Positions 10,356 through 19,716 of a DNA stretch of 64,000 bases are shown one piece after another (the first letter of the stretch is position 1; each line of letters opens with the position of its first letter). Where the stretch lies: the NCBI GenBank assembly GCA_963812605.1, contig CAWEWF010000007.1, positions 32,001 to 96,000 of the forward strand, given 5' to 3'. Position numbers and translations under genes: made by a program. This DNA comes from an uncultured Verrucomicrobiae bacterium (GTDB taxonomy: Bacteria; Verrucomicrobiota; Verrucomicrobiia; Palsa-1439). The notes below the pieces were generated by a model. That model made no database searches and had not been told where the DNA came from. It saw nothing but the letters and a program-made list of their open reading frames with translations.

Positions 10356-11282
10356 ATGAATAATCACTTTAACCATTGGCTGCACCGCTTCGCCTGTCTG
10401 CTGGCTTTCGCGACGTTTCTCCTCATTGTTGCGGGCGCGAACGTGACCAGCCACCGCGCGGGCCTGTCGGTCCCCGATTGGCCGACCACGTACGGCAGGT
10501 TCATGTTCTCTTTCCCGATATCGAAGTGGGTCGGCAACATCCGCTACGAACACGTGCATCGGCTGATCGCCAGCGTGGTCGGAATGTTGACTGTCGCCCT
10601 CGCATTTTGGCTGGTGCGGAAGGAGCCGCGCCGCTGGGTGCGCCGGCTGGGTATCACCGCGCTGGGTGTGGTGATTGCCCAGGGAGTGTTGGGCGGGTTG
10701 ACGGTCAAATTGATGCTCCCACCACCGATTTCCATCGCCCACGCGAGCCTCGCGGAAGCCTTTCTCTGCATCACGATGGCTTTGGCGCTGGTCACTTCCG
10801 AACGCTGGATGCAAGCGTCACCGGCCATCGAAACTGTCAATGCCAGGTTGATTCGAAGATTTGCACTGGCCTCGACGATCGCCATCTATTTGCAGATCAT
10901 CCTCGGGGCGACGATTCGTCATTCGGAATCAGGTGTTCTCGCGCATATCGTCGGCGCCGTCGTGATCTTTGGCTTTGTCATTATCAGCGTGGTGGTCGCT
11001 CTGCTCACTTGGAAACAAAGGGAATTCCTGCGACACTCGGTTCTATTGCTCGGCCTGGTCACCGCGCAGATCGCGTTGGGTTTGGTGACGTTGATGGTAC
11101 GCGTGCCGAAGAATGTCGATGGTCAATTGTCGGCGGTCCAGATGCTGGTGCCGACACTGCATCTTGCGCTGGGAGCGCTGGTTTTGGCGGTAAGTCTGGC
11201 GATCACCTTGAAGACCTACCGCTTCCTGGCTATGCCGAGGGAAGAAGCGGCACTGCCCTTTGCCGCAGGGGCGCTCTCATGA
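10356..11282 (+). CDS. ctaA: Heme A synthase (COX15/CtaA)
   Basis: GLSVPDWP, EHVHR, QGVLGG..V, conserved His in TMs. Confidence 0.9.
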   Translation: MNNHFNHWLHRFACLLAFATFLLIVAGANVTSHRAGLSVPDWPTTYGRFMFSFPISKWVGNIRYEHVHRLIASVVGMLTVALAFWLVRKEPRRWVRRLGITALGVVIAQGVLGGLTVKLMLPPPISIAHASLAEAFLCITMALALVTSERWMQASPAIETVNARLIRRFALASTIAIYLQIILGATIRHSESGVLAHIVGAVVIFGFVIISVVVALLTWKQREFLRHSVLLLGLVTAQIALGLVTLMVRVPKNVDGQLSAVQMLVPTLHLALGALVLAVSLAITLKTYRFLAMPREEAALPFAAGALS

Positions 11283-12136
11283 AGAGTCTTTCCCCCTACA
11301 TCGAATTGGCCAAGCCGCGCATCCTTTCGATGGTGCTGGTGACAACAACCATCGGTTATTTTCTCGCGGCGAAGGGCATCCACCCGCTGGGGACACTTTT
11401 CCTGACATTGCTCGGAGTGGGTCTTGCGGTGGGCGGTTCGGCGGCGTTGAACAATTATCTGGAGCGCGATGTAGACGGCAAGATGGTGCGCACCCGTGAT
11501 CGCGCTTTGCCGGCGGGCTTGATCCAGCCGGCGAATGCCCTCGCTTACGGGATCAGTCTCGTGCTGCTCGGATTATTTATCCTGGTTTGGGCGGTCAATT
11601 TACTCACGGGCTTTCTCGTTCTGCTGGCGGCGTTTCTTTACGTGCTGGTTTACACGCCGATGAAGCGGCTGACGTGGTTGAACACGACGTTTGGCGCGAT
11701 TCCTGGCGCGATTCCGCCGCTCTGCGGTTGGGCCGCCGCCACGGGCCGACTCGACGCCGGCGCGTGGGTGCTTTTCCTGATTCTCTTTGCGTGGCAACAC
11801 CCGCATTTCTACGCGATTGCCTGGATGTTCAAGGACGACTACCGTGACGCGGGTTTCAAAATGCTGCCCGTCGTCGATCCGAGCGGCGTCAGTACGTTTC
11901 GCCAGACGATTTTGTTTGCCATCCTCTTGCTGGGCGTATCGGTGCTTCCCACCATGATCGGCATGACGGGAAGGGTTTACTGCGTTGGGGCGCTCATGAT
12001 GGGGCTGTCGCTGCTGGTGGTCGGCGTATTGTTCACCCGCTCGAAATCATTTCTCGACGCGCGTCGGTTGCTCAAGGCTTCGGTCATTTACCTTCCACTA
12101 CTACTACTACTCATCATCATCGACGCCGGCTTTTAG
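11279..12136 (+). CDS. ctaB: Protoheme IX farnesyltransferase (heme O synthase)
   Basis: ATGA overlap with ctaA; KPRI, NNYLERDVDGKMVRTRDR, YTPMKR, WQHPHF. Confidence 0.95.
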   Translation: MKSLSPYIELAKPRILSMVLVTTTIGYFLAAKGIHPLGTLFLTLLGVGLAVGGSAALNNYLERDVDGKMVRTRDRALPAGLIQPANALAYGISLVLLGLFILVWAVNLLTGFLVLLAAFLYVLVYTPMKRLTWLNTTFGAIPGAIPPLCGWAAATGRLDAGAWVLFLILFAWQHPHFYAIAWMFKDDYRDAGFKMLPVVDPSGVSTFRQTILFAILLLGVSVLPTMIGMTGRVYCVGALMMGLSLLVVGVLFTRSKSFLDARRLLKASVIYLPLLLLLIIIDAGF

Positions 12137-12148
12137 GAGTTGATCCAG

Positions 12149-13081
12149 ATGAGCGACTCTCTTCTCGTGGTCGAAGCGCTGACACACCGCTACGGCGAGC
12201 GTACGGCCCTCAAGAACGTCAGTTTTCAGGTCGCCAAGGGTGAAATCTTCGGTCTGCTCGGCCCGAACGGTGGCGGCAAGACCACGCTCTTTCGCATCCT
12301 CAGCACCTTGGCTGCGCCCAGCGAGGGAAGCGTGCGCATGTTCGGTGTTGACGTGGTCCGCGAGCAGGGCGAAATTCGCCGCCGCATCGGCGTGGTCTTT
12401 CAATCACCGAGCCTGGACCGCAAATTGACCGTGCTCGAGAACCTCCGCCATCAGGGTCATCTCTACAATCTTCGGGGCCAGGGATTGCAGTCGCGGATCG
12501 ATCAGTTGCTCTCACGGTTCGGAATGGCGGATCGCAAAGGTGATCTCGTGGAAACGCTTTCGGGCGGGCAGCGGCGGCGGGTGGAATTGGCGAAGGGTTT
12601 GTTGCACAAGCCGCAGGTGCTTTTGCTCGACGAACCGAGCACCGGGCTCGATCCCCGCGTGCGGCGCGAATTGTCGGATTATCTCGAACGCTTGCGCGAT
12701 GAAGACGGCATGACCATTTTGTTGACGACGCATTTGATGGAGGAAGCGGATCGGTGCGACCGTCTTGCCATTCTGGACCGCGGCGAACTCGTGGCGCTCA
12801 GCACACCGCGCGAATTGAAAGAACAGATCGGCGGCGACGTGATTTCGGTGGAGACCCGGCAACCGCAGCCGTTGGCCGAACAAATCAGCCAGCGGTTTGG
12901 CATCGAGGCGCGGGTCCTGGATGGCAGCGTGCGCGTCGAGCGTGCCAACGGCCACAAATTCATCACGGAACTGGTCGAGGCGTTCCCCGGTCAGATTGAC
13001 GCCATCAGCATTCACAAGCCGACGCTGGAAGATGTGTTCGTTCGTCGCACTGGTCGTCGATTCGAGGAGGCGCCGGCGTGA
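12149..13081 (+). CDS. ABC transporter ATP-binding protein (DrrA/NodI type)
   Basis: GPNGGGKTT, LSGGQ, LLLDEP, TTH; SD AGGAG before ATG 12149. Confidence 0.95.
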   Translation: MSDSLLVVEALTHRYGERTALKNVSFQVAKGEIFGLLGPNGGGKTTLFRILSTLAAPSEGSVRMFGVDVVREQGEIRRRIGVVFQSPSLDRKLTVLENLRHQGHLYNLRGQGLQSRIDQLLSRFGMADRKGDLVETLSGGQRRRVELAKGLLHKPQVLLLDEPSTGLDPRVRRELSDYLERLRDEDGMTILLTTHLMEEADRCDRLAILDRGELVALSTPRELKEQIGGDVISVETRQPQPLAEQISQRFGIEARVLDGSVRVERANGHKFITELVEAFPGQIDAISIHKPTLEDVFVRRTGRRFEEAPA

Positions 13082-13890
13082 GCACCAAAGCGGAGAGTAA
13101 TTATTTCCTCTTGCCCGCGCTCACGCTCTGGTGGCGGGAAATGGTGCGGTTCTTCCGCCAGGGGAACCGGGTCGTCGGCGCCCTCGGCACCCCGTTGGTG
13201 TTCTGGCTGTTGCTCGGGTCGGGACTCGGCAAGTCTTTTAGCGCGCCCTCAGCGCCCGAGGGACATGGCTATTTGGAATATTTTTTCGGGGGCACGATTG
13301 TGCTGGTGCTGTTGTTCACGGCGATATTTTCGACGATTTCGATCATTGAAGACCGACGCGAAGGATTCCTACAAGGGGTGCTCGTGGCGCCAGTGGGGCG
13401 ATTTGCGCTGGTATTGGGAAAGATCCTCGGCGGGACAACATTGGCGCTCGTGCAGGGATTGATGTTTCTGTTGCTGGCGCCCTTCGTGGGCATTTCCTTC
13501 AGCGTCGCGTCGGTGATTTGGCTGGTTGTGGTGATGTTTTTGCTGTCATTTGCGTTGACTGGCCTCGGATTTCTGCTGGCCTGGCGGATGGACTCTACCC
13601 AGGGGTTCCACGCCATCATGAACCTGTTTCTGATTCCGCTGTGGCTTTTGTCCGGTGCGGTGTTCCCGCCTTCCGGCGCGCCGGCATTCATGCGCTGGAT
13701 CATGGTTTGCAATCCGGTTTCCTATGGCGTGGTTGCAATCCGTCACGGACTCTACTGGAACACGCCGCTCGCTACGGCTGGGATGCCGTCGCGTGAACTG
13801 AGTTTGATTGTGACTGTGGCGTTCGCGGCCGTCATGTTTCTGTTGTCGCTGTTGGCGGCACAGCGGACGACCCGGGGGGATTTGCAATGA
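13078..13890 (+). CDS. ABC-2 type permease
   Basis: Six TMs, EDRREGFL..VLVAP, LSGAVFP, NPVSY; GTGA overlap. Confidence 0.92.
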   Translation: MSTKAESNYFLLPALTLWWREMVRFFRQGNRVVGALGTPLVFWLLLGSGLGKSFSAPSAPEGHGYLEYFFGGTIVLVLLFTAIFSTISIIEDRREGFLQGVLVAPVGRFALVLGKILGGTTLALVQGLMFLLLAPFVGISFSVASVIWLVVVMFLLSFALTGLGFLLAWRMDSTQGFHAIMNLFLIPLWLLSGAVFPPSGAPAFMRWIMVCNPVSYGVVAIRHGLYWNTPLATAGMPSRELSLIVTVAFAAVMFLLSLLAAQRTTRGDLQ

Positions 13891-14510
13891 AAGTGAAGAC
13901 CATTTTGAATATCGGGGTGATCAGCACTTTTGTCATCGTGGTGGGATCGGTCATGATGATCGTGATGCGTGGGGCGCCCACGCGGGCCTCGGCGATGGAT
14001 GTGCCCGTGCTGGGTTCGGTGCCGGAGTTTTCGCTGACGGAGGCGAACGGCACGGCGTTGCGACGGGCGGATTTGCTTGGGAAGGTTTGGGTTGCCAGCT
14101 TTCTCTTTACGCGCTGCGGCGAAGCCTGTCCACTCATGATGCAACATGAAGCACGGTTGCAACCCGACCTGCCGTTGCGCGATGACTTGCGGCTCGTGAG
14201 TTTTTCAGTTGATCCCGACTGGGACACGCCGAAAGTGCTGACGGAGTATGCGCACACGTTTGGCGCGGACCGGAACCGCTGGTTGTTTCTTACCGGCGAC
14301 AAGAAGCAGGTCTATTACCTGGCCAGCGACGGGTTTCACCTGGCCGCGCAGCCCGCAGACCCGGCCAAGGACATGCCGATCCTGCACAGCACGAAGCTCG
14401 TATTGGTGGACCGCGGCGGGGCGATTCGCGGTTATTACGACAGCTCGGATCCCGCCGAGATGGAGAAACTCATCCGTGATGTGCGGCAGGTGCTGGCCGA
14501 GCGGTCATGA
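13887..14510 (+). CDS. SCO1/SenC copper chaperone
   Basis: FTRCGEACP (CxxxC), VDPDWDTP, downstream HS..LVLVD. Confidence 0.93.
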   Translation: MKVKTILNIGVISTFVIVVGSVMMIVMRGAPTRASAMDVPVLGSVPEFSLTEANGTALRRADLLGKVWVASFLFTRCGEACPLMMQHEARLQPDLPLRDDLRLVSFSVDPDWDTPKVLTEYAHTFGADRNRWLFLTGDKKQVYYLASDGFHLAAQPADPAKDMPILHSTKLVLVDRGGAIRGYYDSSDPAEMEKLIRDVRQVLAERS

Positions 14511-14938
14511 TCAGCACGTCTCAACTACCGGTCTTGAACGCCACTTTGAACGCGACCAGCGCCGTATTTCTTGCGTTTGGTTACGGCTTCATTCGCCAGA
14601 AGCGTGTGGCGGCGCATCGCGCCTGTATGTTGGTGGCGGTGGTGGTGTCGGTAGTATTCCTAGTTTCGTATGTAACCTATCACGTGCAAGTGGGCAGCAA
14701 GCATTTCCCCGGACAGGGACTGGCAAGGCCCGTGTACTTCACCATCCTGTTCACGCATACCGTGCTCGCGATGGCCGTGGCGCTTTTTCTAGCGCCCGTG
14801 ACGCTGGTCCGCGCCTTGCGCGAACGATTCGATCAACACAAGCGGATCGCGCGCTGGACGCTACCGATTTGGTTTTACGTCTCGGTGACCGGTGTGATTA
14901 TCTACTTCATGCTCTACCACTGGTATGCGCCTGCGTAA
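14507..14938 (+). CDS. DUF420 family membrane protein
   Basis: LNATLN, H..CM, HTVLA, HKRIARWTLPIWFYVSVTGV. Confidence 0.9.
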   Translation: MISTSQLPVLNATLNATSAVFLAFGYGFIRQKRVAAHRACMLVAVVVSVVFLVSYVTYHVQVGSKHFPGQGLARPVYFTILFTHTVLAMAVALFLAPVTLVRALRERFDQHKRIARWTLPIWFYVSVTGVIIYFMLYHWYAPA

Positions 14939-15668
14939 GCCGATTTTCTGGTTGATGCTGGCGGCGCTCCTGGCCGGGACTGCGATCCTGGCGGACGCGG
15001 AAAACGGGCAGGGCATTATTTCGGGCACGGTTCGCCTGGTGGGTCCTCCTCCGAGCATCCCCACCGTGCTGCCCCAAATGGATTTCGATATGTGCGGCTC
15101 CGCGGCACGACCAATGCAGTCGCTATTATTGGGGTCGAACCAGGTCGTCCGCAATGTCATCGTCTACCTGGCCGGTTACCCGCAAAGCAGTGTCGAGAGC
15201 GGGACCAACGACGCAATTATCGTCGATCAACGCGACTGTGAGTTTGTCCCTCGCATCCAGATCGCCCGCAGTGGCGTGCCGTTGATCCTGAAGAACAGTG
15301 ATCCGATCCTGCACGTCGTGCGCATTGATTTGATGAGCAGCACCAATGGGCCGCGAACGCTCTTAAAAGCTGCCACGCCTTACGCCGGTTATCAAAAAGT
15401 CTATCAACTCGCCAATTTTCACGAACCAACCCTGCTGCAGGTGACTTCCGTCAACGGCCACGAGTGGATGGCCGCTTACATCGCCGTTATGCCGCACCCC
15501 TGGGCCGCGCTTACCGACGAGAACGGGCGGTTTACGCTGCGCAATGTGCCAGTGGGAACGCACAAAATCTACGCCTGGCACGAAGCCCTGGGCACGCTGG
15601 TGCACGACGTGCGCGTCAATGGTGCAGGCAGTACCACGGCGGAGTTTCGTTTTTCAGCCTCACGCTAG
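14925..15668 (+). CDS. Second secreted cupredoxin-like / carboxypeptidase-regulatory-like paralog
   Basis: QRDCEFVPR, NSDPILH, GHEWMAAYI, TDENGRFTLRNVPVGTHKIYAWHE; similar to 5284-6012. Confidence 0.75.
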   Translation: MRLRKPIFWLMLAALLAGTAILADAENGQGIISGTVRLVGPPPSIPTVLPQMDFDMCGSAARPMQSLLLGSNQVVRNVIVYLAGYPQSSVESGTNDAIIVDQRDCEFVPRIQIARSGVPLILKNSDPILHVVRIDLMSSTNGPRTLLKAATPYAGYQKVYQLANFHEPTLLQVTSVNGHEWMAAYIAVMPHPWAALTDENGRFTLRNVPVGTHKIYAWHEALGTLVHDVRVNGAGSTTAEFRFSASR

Positions 15669-15691
15669 CGGTCAGTTGCCGAACGCAGATG

Positions 15692-17239
15692 CTACCTACT
15701 GCGCGACATCCGCATTTCCGCCAGCCGGGCATTCTTTTCATCCCCGAGAGCGGTGAAGCATTCCTGCAGCGTCCGCCAAACGGCACGATCATCAATTCCG
15801 TGATCGATCGCGGGCTGCAACGCCTTGATCGCCTCGCGATAGCGCCCGGCCTGGACGAACGCGGAGGCAAGGCCTTTGCGGCCGACGAGTCCGTTGGGCG
15901 CGACGGCGACGGCCCGCGTTCCGCAAGCGATGGCTTCATCAAGTTGTTTCGTGCCGGTGTAATAGACCGTGAGATTGACGAGCGCCGGGTAGCACTGCGG
16001 ATCTTCAACCAACGCGTTCTGAAAGAGCGTTTCAGTATTCGCCCATACTGCCGAACGTTTCGCGCTCAGAATTGCCAGCCCGATCAGCAACGAGATGACC
16101 ACGGGGACAAGGAAGGGCTGAACCTGCCGCCAATTGTTCGCTAAAGCAACGATACCCACACTTAATGGCAGCGCCAGTCCAATGAGCGGTATATACAGGA
16201 AGCGATCCGCTACGACATGCGCACCGACGGGAACCAACCCGATCGTTGGCGAAAGTGTTATCAGGTAAAACAACCAGGACGGCAAGACGACCGGTGCGCG
16301 GCTGCGGAGAGCGAAGGCTCCCGCAAGAAGTACGACGAACAACAGCAGGTAGCCGGCGGCATGTAGCGGCATCCAACCGAAATCCTCAAACGACGGGTAC
16401 ACCGCGGACAGGTGAAACGGCCAAAGAAACTTTCTTACATAAAACCACGTACAGTAGCCAACCAATCCCGGCCGCGCCCCGAGCGGAATGACTTTCGTGC
16501 CCACGACCGTTTCGCCGTCGCCGCTGGCCTGGGCGACGAACGTGGCGGCGCCGATGATCAGGCTCACAATGAAGAACGGGATTTTCTCCCATACCGCGGT
16601 GCGCCGCTTCCAAAATACGTCGAGAAGAACCAACACGAGGGGAAGCGTAACGGCCGTTGATTTGGCGAGCGCGGAACAAACGAACAATAGCAGGCATCCC
16701 CAATAATCGCGCCGGTTTTCGCGGACAACCCAACGCAGGTACGCGAGGATGGCGAGCAAGTAAAAGAAAGCGAAGAGCAGGTCCTTGCGCTCCGTCACCC
16801 AGGCGACGGATTCGACACGGAGCGGATGCACGCCGAAGATGGCCGCCGTCAGGACTGCTGCCGCGGGTGCGTGTTCGAAACGGCCCCGGAGAAGTTGGAA
16901 CACCAGCCGTAACACAAGCACCGTATTCGCCGCGTGCAACAGCAGATTGGTAAGGTGGTAGCCAAATGGTTTGTGACCCCAGACCTGATAATCGATGGCC
17001 AACGACAGCCACGTGAGGGGAACGTACAACTTGGCAGCCGGTTCGGTGAACATCGCCCACAGATTTGCCGGTGAAAGTGAACGAATCACCGGGTTTTGCG
17101 TGACATGACCGTAATCGTCCCATTCGAGAAATTGGCCCTGCAAGCCTCGCGCGTGCGCGGCGATTGTCAGCAGAACAACAAACAGACCGCCCGTCCACAG
17201 CCAGCGGTCAGTTCGCCAGGAAGTGGAGGGCGTTCTCAT
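15692..17239 (-). CDS. TMTC-like (GT-C) protein O-mannosyltransferase with C-terminal TPRs
   Basis: FLEWDD, YVPLTWLS, YHLTNLLLH, HPLRVESVAW..ERKD, ADRFLY; ATGA overlap with upstream paralog. Confidence 0.85.
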   Translation of the reverse strand: MRTPSTSWRTDRWLWTGGLFVVLLTIAAHARGLQGQFLEWDDYGHVTQNPVIRSLSPANLWAMFTEPAAKLYVPLTWLSLAIDYQVWGHKPFGYHLTNLLLHAANTVLVLRLVFQLLRGRFEHAPAAAVLTAAIFGVHPLRVESVAWVTERKDLLFAFFYLLAILAYLRWVVRENRRDYWGCLLLFVCSALAKSTAVTLPLVLVLLDVFWKRRTAVWEKIPFFIVSLIIGAATFVAQASGDGETVVGTKVIPLGARPGLVGYCTWFYVRKFLWPFHLSAVYPSFEDFGWMPLHAAGYLLLFVVLLAGAFALRSRAPVVLPSWLFYLITLSPTIGLVPVGAHVVADRFLYIPLIGLALPLSVGIVALANNWRQVQPFLVPVVISLLIGLAILSAKRSAVWANTETLFQNALVEDPQCYPALVNLTVYYTGTKQLDEAIACGTRAVAVAPNGLVGRKGLASAFVQAGRYREAIKALQPAIDHGIDDRAVWRTLQECFTALGDEKNARLAEMRMSRSR

Positions 17240-18795
17240 AGTTTGCCCTCGCAACGGCGTTCAGATTCCCGGGCCAGTTTCGCGTTGTTGGTGTCTCCCA
17301 AAGTCTCGAAACAGTCCGCCAGTATGGACCACACTTCCGCGTCCTGAACATCCTGCTGGGCCAACGGACGCAGGGTGCCCACGGCTTCGCGCCGCTCGCC
17401 CTTGTCGATCAGGGCATAGGCGAGAATCTTGCGGCCGCGAATATTGTTGGGCGCGAGCTTGACGGCTTGCTGGGCGTGGTCGATCGCCTCATCGAATTCT
17501 TTGCGGTTCGGATTCATATACCAGACCGCGAGATTGAGGTGTGCGGGCAGGCAATCAGGGTTTTCCTGCAAAGCGTTGTCGAAGAGAGTTTTGGTATTGC
17601 TCCAAACGGCCCCGCGCCGATCCGTCAGGAAAGCCAGCGCCACCACCACGGCGATGACGGGCAGGCTGACGGCAAAACGCGCCGCTGGGTTTGGCAATGA
17701 AAAAATCACCCAGACCACGGCCAGGCTCACTGGCAATGCCAGCCCAATCAGGGGCACGTACGAAAAGCGGTCGGCGACAACATGGACACCAACGGGAATC
17801 AGCCCAATCGTGGGGGCAAGCGTGGCGAGGTAAAAGAGCCACGCGGGCAACAACGCCGGCCAGCGACGTTGGGCAGCGATGATCAGTGCCGTCACGGCGG
17901 AAAACGCCGCAAGGTATCCGACGCTGGTGAAAAACGTCCAACCCATTTGATCGAAGTTCAGATAGACCGCTGAAAGATGGAATGGCCAGAAAAACTTCTT
18001 TACGTAAAACAGCGCGCAGTAACCGACCAATCCCAGGCGCCCCCAGAAAGGGACGACTTCAGGAGTCGCCACGGTTTCCACCAGCCCGCCGGCCTGGACG
18101 ATGAAGGTGATCGTGGTGATGATCAGGCTGACGGCAAAAAACGGGGCCTTTTCCCCCCAGGCTTTTCGCCTGGCGAGCCAGTGGTCGATGATCAGGAGTA
18201 CGATGGGAAAGCTGACGGCGGTGGACTTGGAGAGCGCCGATGCGACAAAGAGGCCGAAGCAGGCCCAGTAGGTTCGCCATTTGTGGGTGGCGAGCCAGCG
18301 CCAGTAGGTGAGCAGCGCGCCAAGGTAGAAGAAAGCGAATAACACATCTTTGCGCTCGGTCGCCCAGGCGACTGATTCCACGCGCAACGGATGAACGCCA
18401 AAAATCGCCGCGGTAAGAAGCGCCGCCGCAGCCGCGTGTTGAAATCGGTCGCGCAGGATTTCCCGCACGAGCACCAGTACGAGCAGGGTATTTGCGAGGT
18501 GCAACAGGAGATTGGTGAGGTGATACCCAAAGGGCCTTTGGCCCCAAACCTGATAATCGACGGCGAACGAAAGCCACGTGAGCGGGCAATATAACTTGGC
18601 AGTCGGGTGCGCAAACATCAGGCATAAATTGTCCAGTGTGAAACCCCGGATGGCGGCGTTGCGCGTGATGTGGATGGTGTCGTCCCACTCGACGAACTGG
18701 CCCTGTAAGGCCCGGAAGTGCGCGGCGAAGGTGAGCGCGAGAACCAGGATGGCGCCCAGCCAGAAGAATTTGTTGGACTCGGAACGCTCGTTCAT
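17236..18795 (-). CDS. TMTC-like protein O-mannosyltransferase with TPRs (tandem paralog)
   Basis: FVEWDD, YCPLTWLS, HPLRVESVAWATERKD, ADRFSY. Confidence 0.85.
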   Translation of the reverse strand: MNERSESNKFFWLGAILVLALTFAAHFRALQGQFVEWDDTIHITRNAAIRGFTLDNLCLMFAHPTAKLYCPLTWLSFAVDYQVWGQRPFGYHLTNLLLHLANTLLVLVLVREILRDRFQHAAAAALLTAAIFGVHPLRVESVAWATERKDVLFAFFYLGALLTYWRWLATHKWRTYWACFGLFVASALSKSTAVSFPIVLLIIDHWLARRKAWGEKAPFFAVSLIITTITFIVQAGGLVETVATPEVVPFWGRLGLVGYCALFYVKKFFWPFHLSAVYLNFDQMGWTFFTSVGYLAAFSAVTALIIAAQRRWPALLPAWLFYLATLAPTIGLIPVGVHVVADRFSYVPLIGLALPVSLAVVWVIFSLPNPAARFAVSLPVIAVVVALAFLTDRRGAVWSNTKTLFDNALQENPDCLPAHLNLAVWYMNPNRKEFDEAIDHAQQAVKLAPNNIRGRKILAYALIDKGERREAVGTLRPLAQQDVQDAEVWSILADCFETLGDTNNAKLARESERRCEGKL

Positions 18796-18813
18796 GCCCG
18801 TTGGGCGCCGGCG

Positions 18814-19257
18814 TCAGGCGAGACTGGCGGAAACCAGTTGGCTGACCAGACGGTTGTCGGCGCGGCCCGCCAGTTTGGCCTGGACGGCTTTCATCACCTT
18901 GCCCATGTCGGTCTTGGTGGCGGCGCCCAGTTCGGCAATCGTCGCTTTGACGACCTCTTCCACCTGCGCGGGCGAAAGCTCTTCGGGCAGATAGGATTTC
19001 AGCACCACCAACTCCGCCTTCTCCTTCTCGACCAAATCCGCGCGGCCGCCTTTCTCGAAACTTTCGATGGAATCCTGCCGCTGCTTGATTTGCTTCTTGA
19101 TGACGGCGGTAACATCGGCGTCCGTAAGTTGTTCCTGCTTCTTCTCGATCTTGTGGTATTCGACCGCGGATTTGAGCAGGCGCAGGGTGGCGAGGCGGGG
19201 GGCATCCCTGGCGCGCATCGCCTCCTTCATGTCGGCTGCGATTTTGTCCGTCAACAT
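18814..19257 (-). CDS. GatB/YqeY domain protein
   Basis: DMKEAMRA..RLATLRLLKS, KQRQDSIESF..GGR, YLP, DMGKVM. Confidence 0.93.
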   Translation of the reverse strand: MLTDKIAADMKEAMRARDAPRLATLRLLKSAVEYHKIEKKQEQLTDADVTAVIKKQIKQRQDSIESFEKGGRADLVEKEKAELVVLKSYLPEELSPAQVEEVVKATIAELGAATKTDMGKVMKAVQAKLAGRADNRLVSQLVSASLA

Positions 19258-19295
19258 GCGACGAAGACTAGGCGGGCGGCGCGCGGCTTGTCAAC

Positions 19296-19715
19296 TCATT
19301 CGACCACGGCGAGAGAGACGACGAGCACCGTATTGCCCACCTCGGGGCCTTTGACGAGCAGTTCACCATGACCGACGCGGACACTCGATTTCACCAGCGC
19401 GGCCCGGCCGGAATACATTTCAAAATCCACCATCCGTCCCTTTTTGTCGACGGCCCGGGGAGTGACGAAGACGACAATGCCTTCACCCAGGTCCAGCCGG
19501 AGCTGGCCGTTCTCCTTGAAGGATCCCTGTTGCAGGCCGAGTTGCCGATAATGCCGGTAACCAAAGACCTTTTTCAGTTTGGGCTCCAGCCTGGCGAGTT
19601 GCTCGTCCGGCTTGTCGGCCTCGTTGGACGCGCGGATCAGCCGCACCTCAATCGAGGCGGCCTGAGCGCTGGCACTCAGAACAACGCCCAGTAAGGCAGC
19701 CACGAGCCAGCGCAT
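19296..19715 (-). CDS. Hypothetical exported protein, third gene of the ECF unit
   Basis: Signal peptide MRWLVAALLGVVLSASAQA; ATG 1 nt after the reconstructed anti-sigma stop. Confidence 0.7.
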   Translation of the reverse strand: MRWLVAALLGVVLSASAQAASIEVRLIRASNEADKPDEQLARLEPKLKKVFGYRHYRQLGLQQGSFKENGQLRLDLGEGIVVFVTPRAVDKKGRMVDFEMYSGRAALVKSSVRVGHGELLVKGPEVGNTVLVVSLAVVE

Positions 19716-19716
19716 A

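Noticed and set aside
10376-11278. Apparent 586-aa CtaB with a long N-terminal extension
   Set aside because: The extension is an alternate frame of ctaA; the real start is the ATGA overlap at 11279
12098-12122. (CTA)n(ATC)n microsatellite at the ctaB 3' end
   Set aside because: Trinucleotide run encoding the last TM helix; slippage would keep the frame
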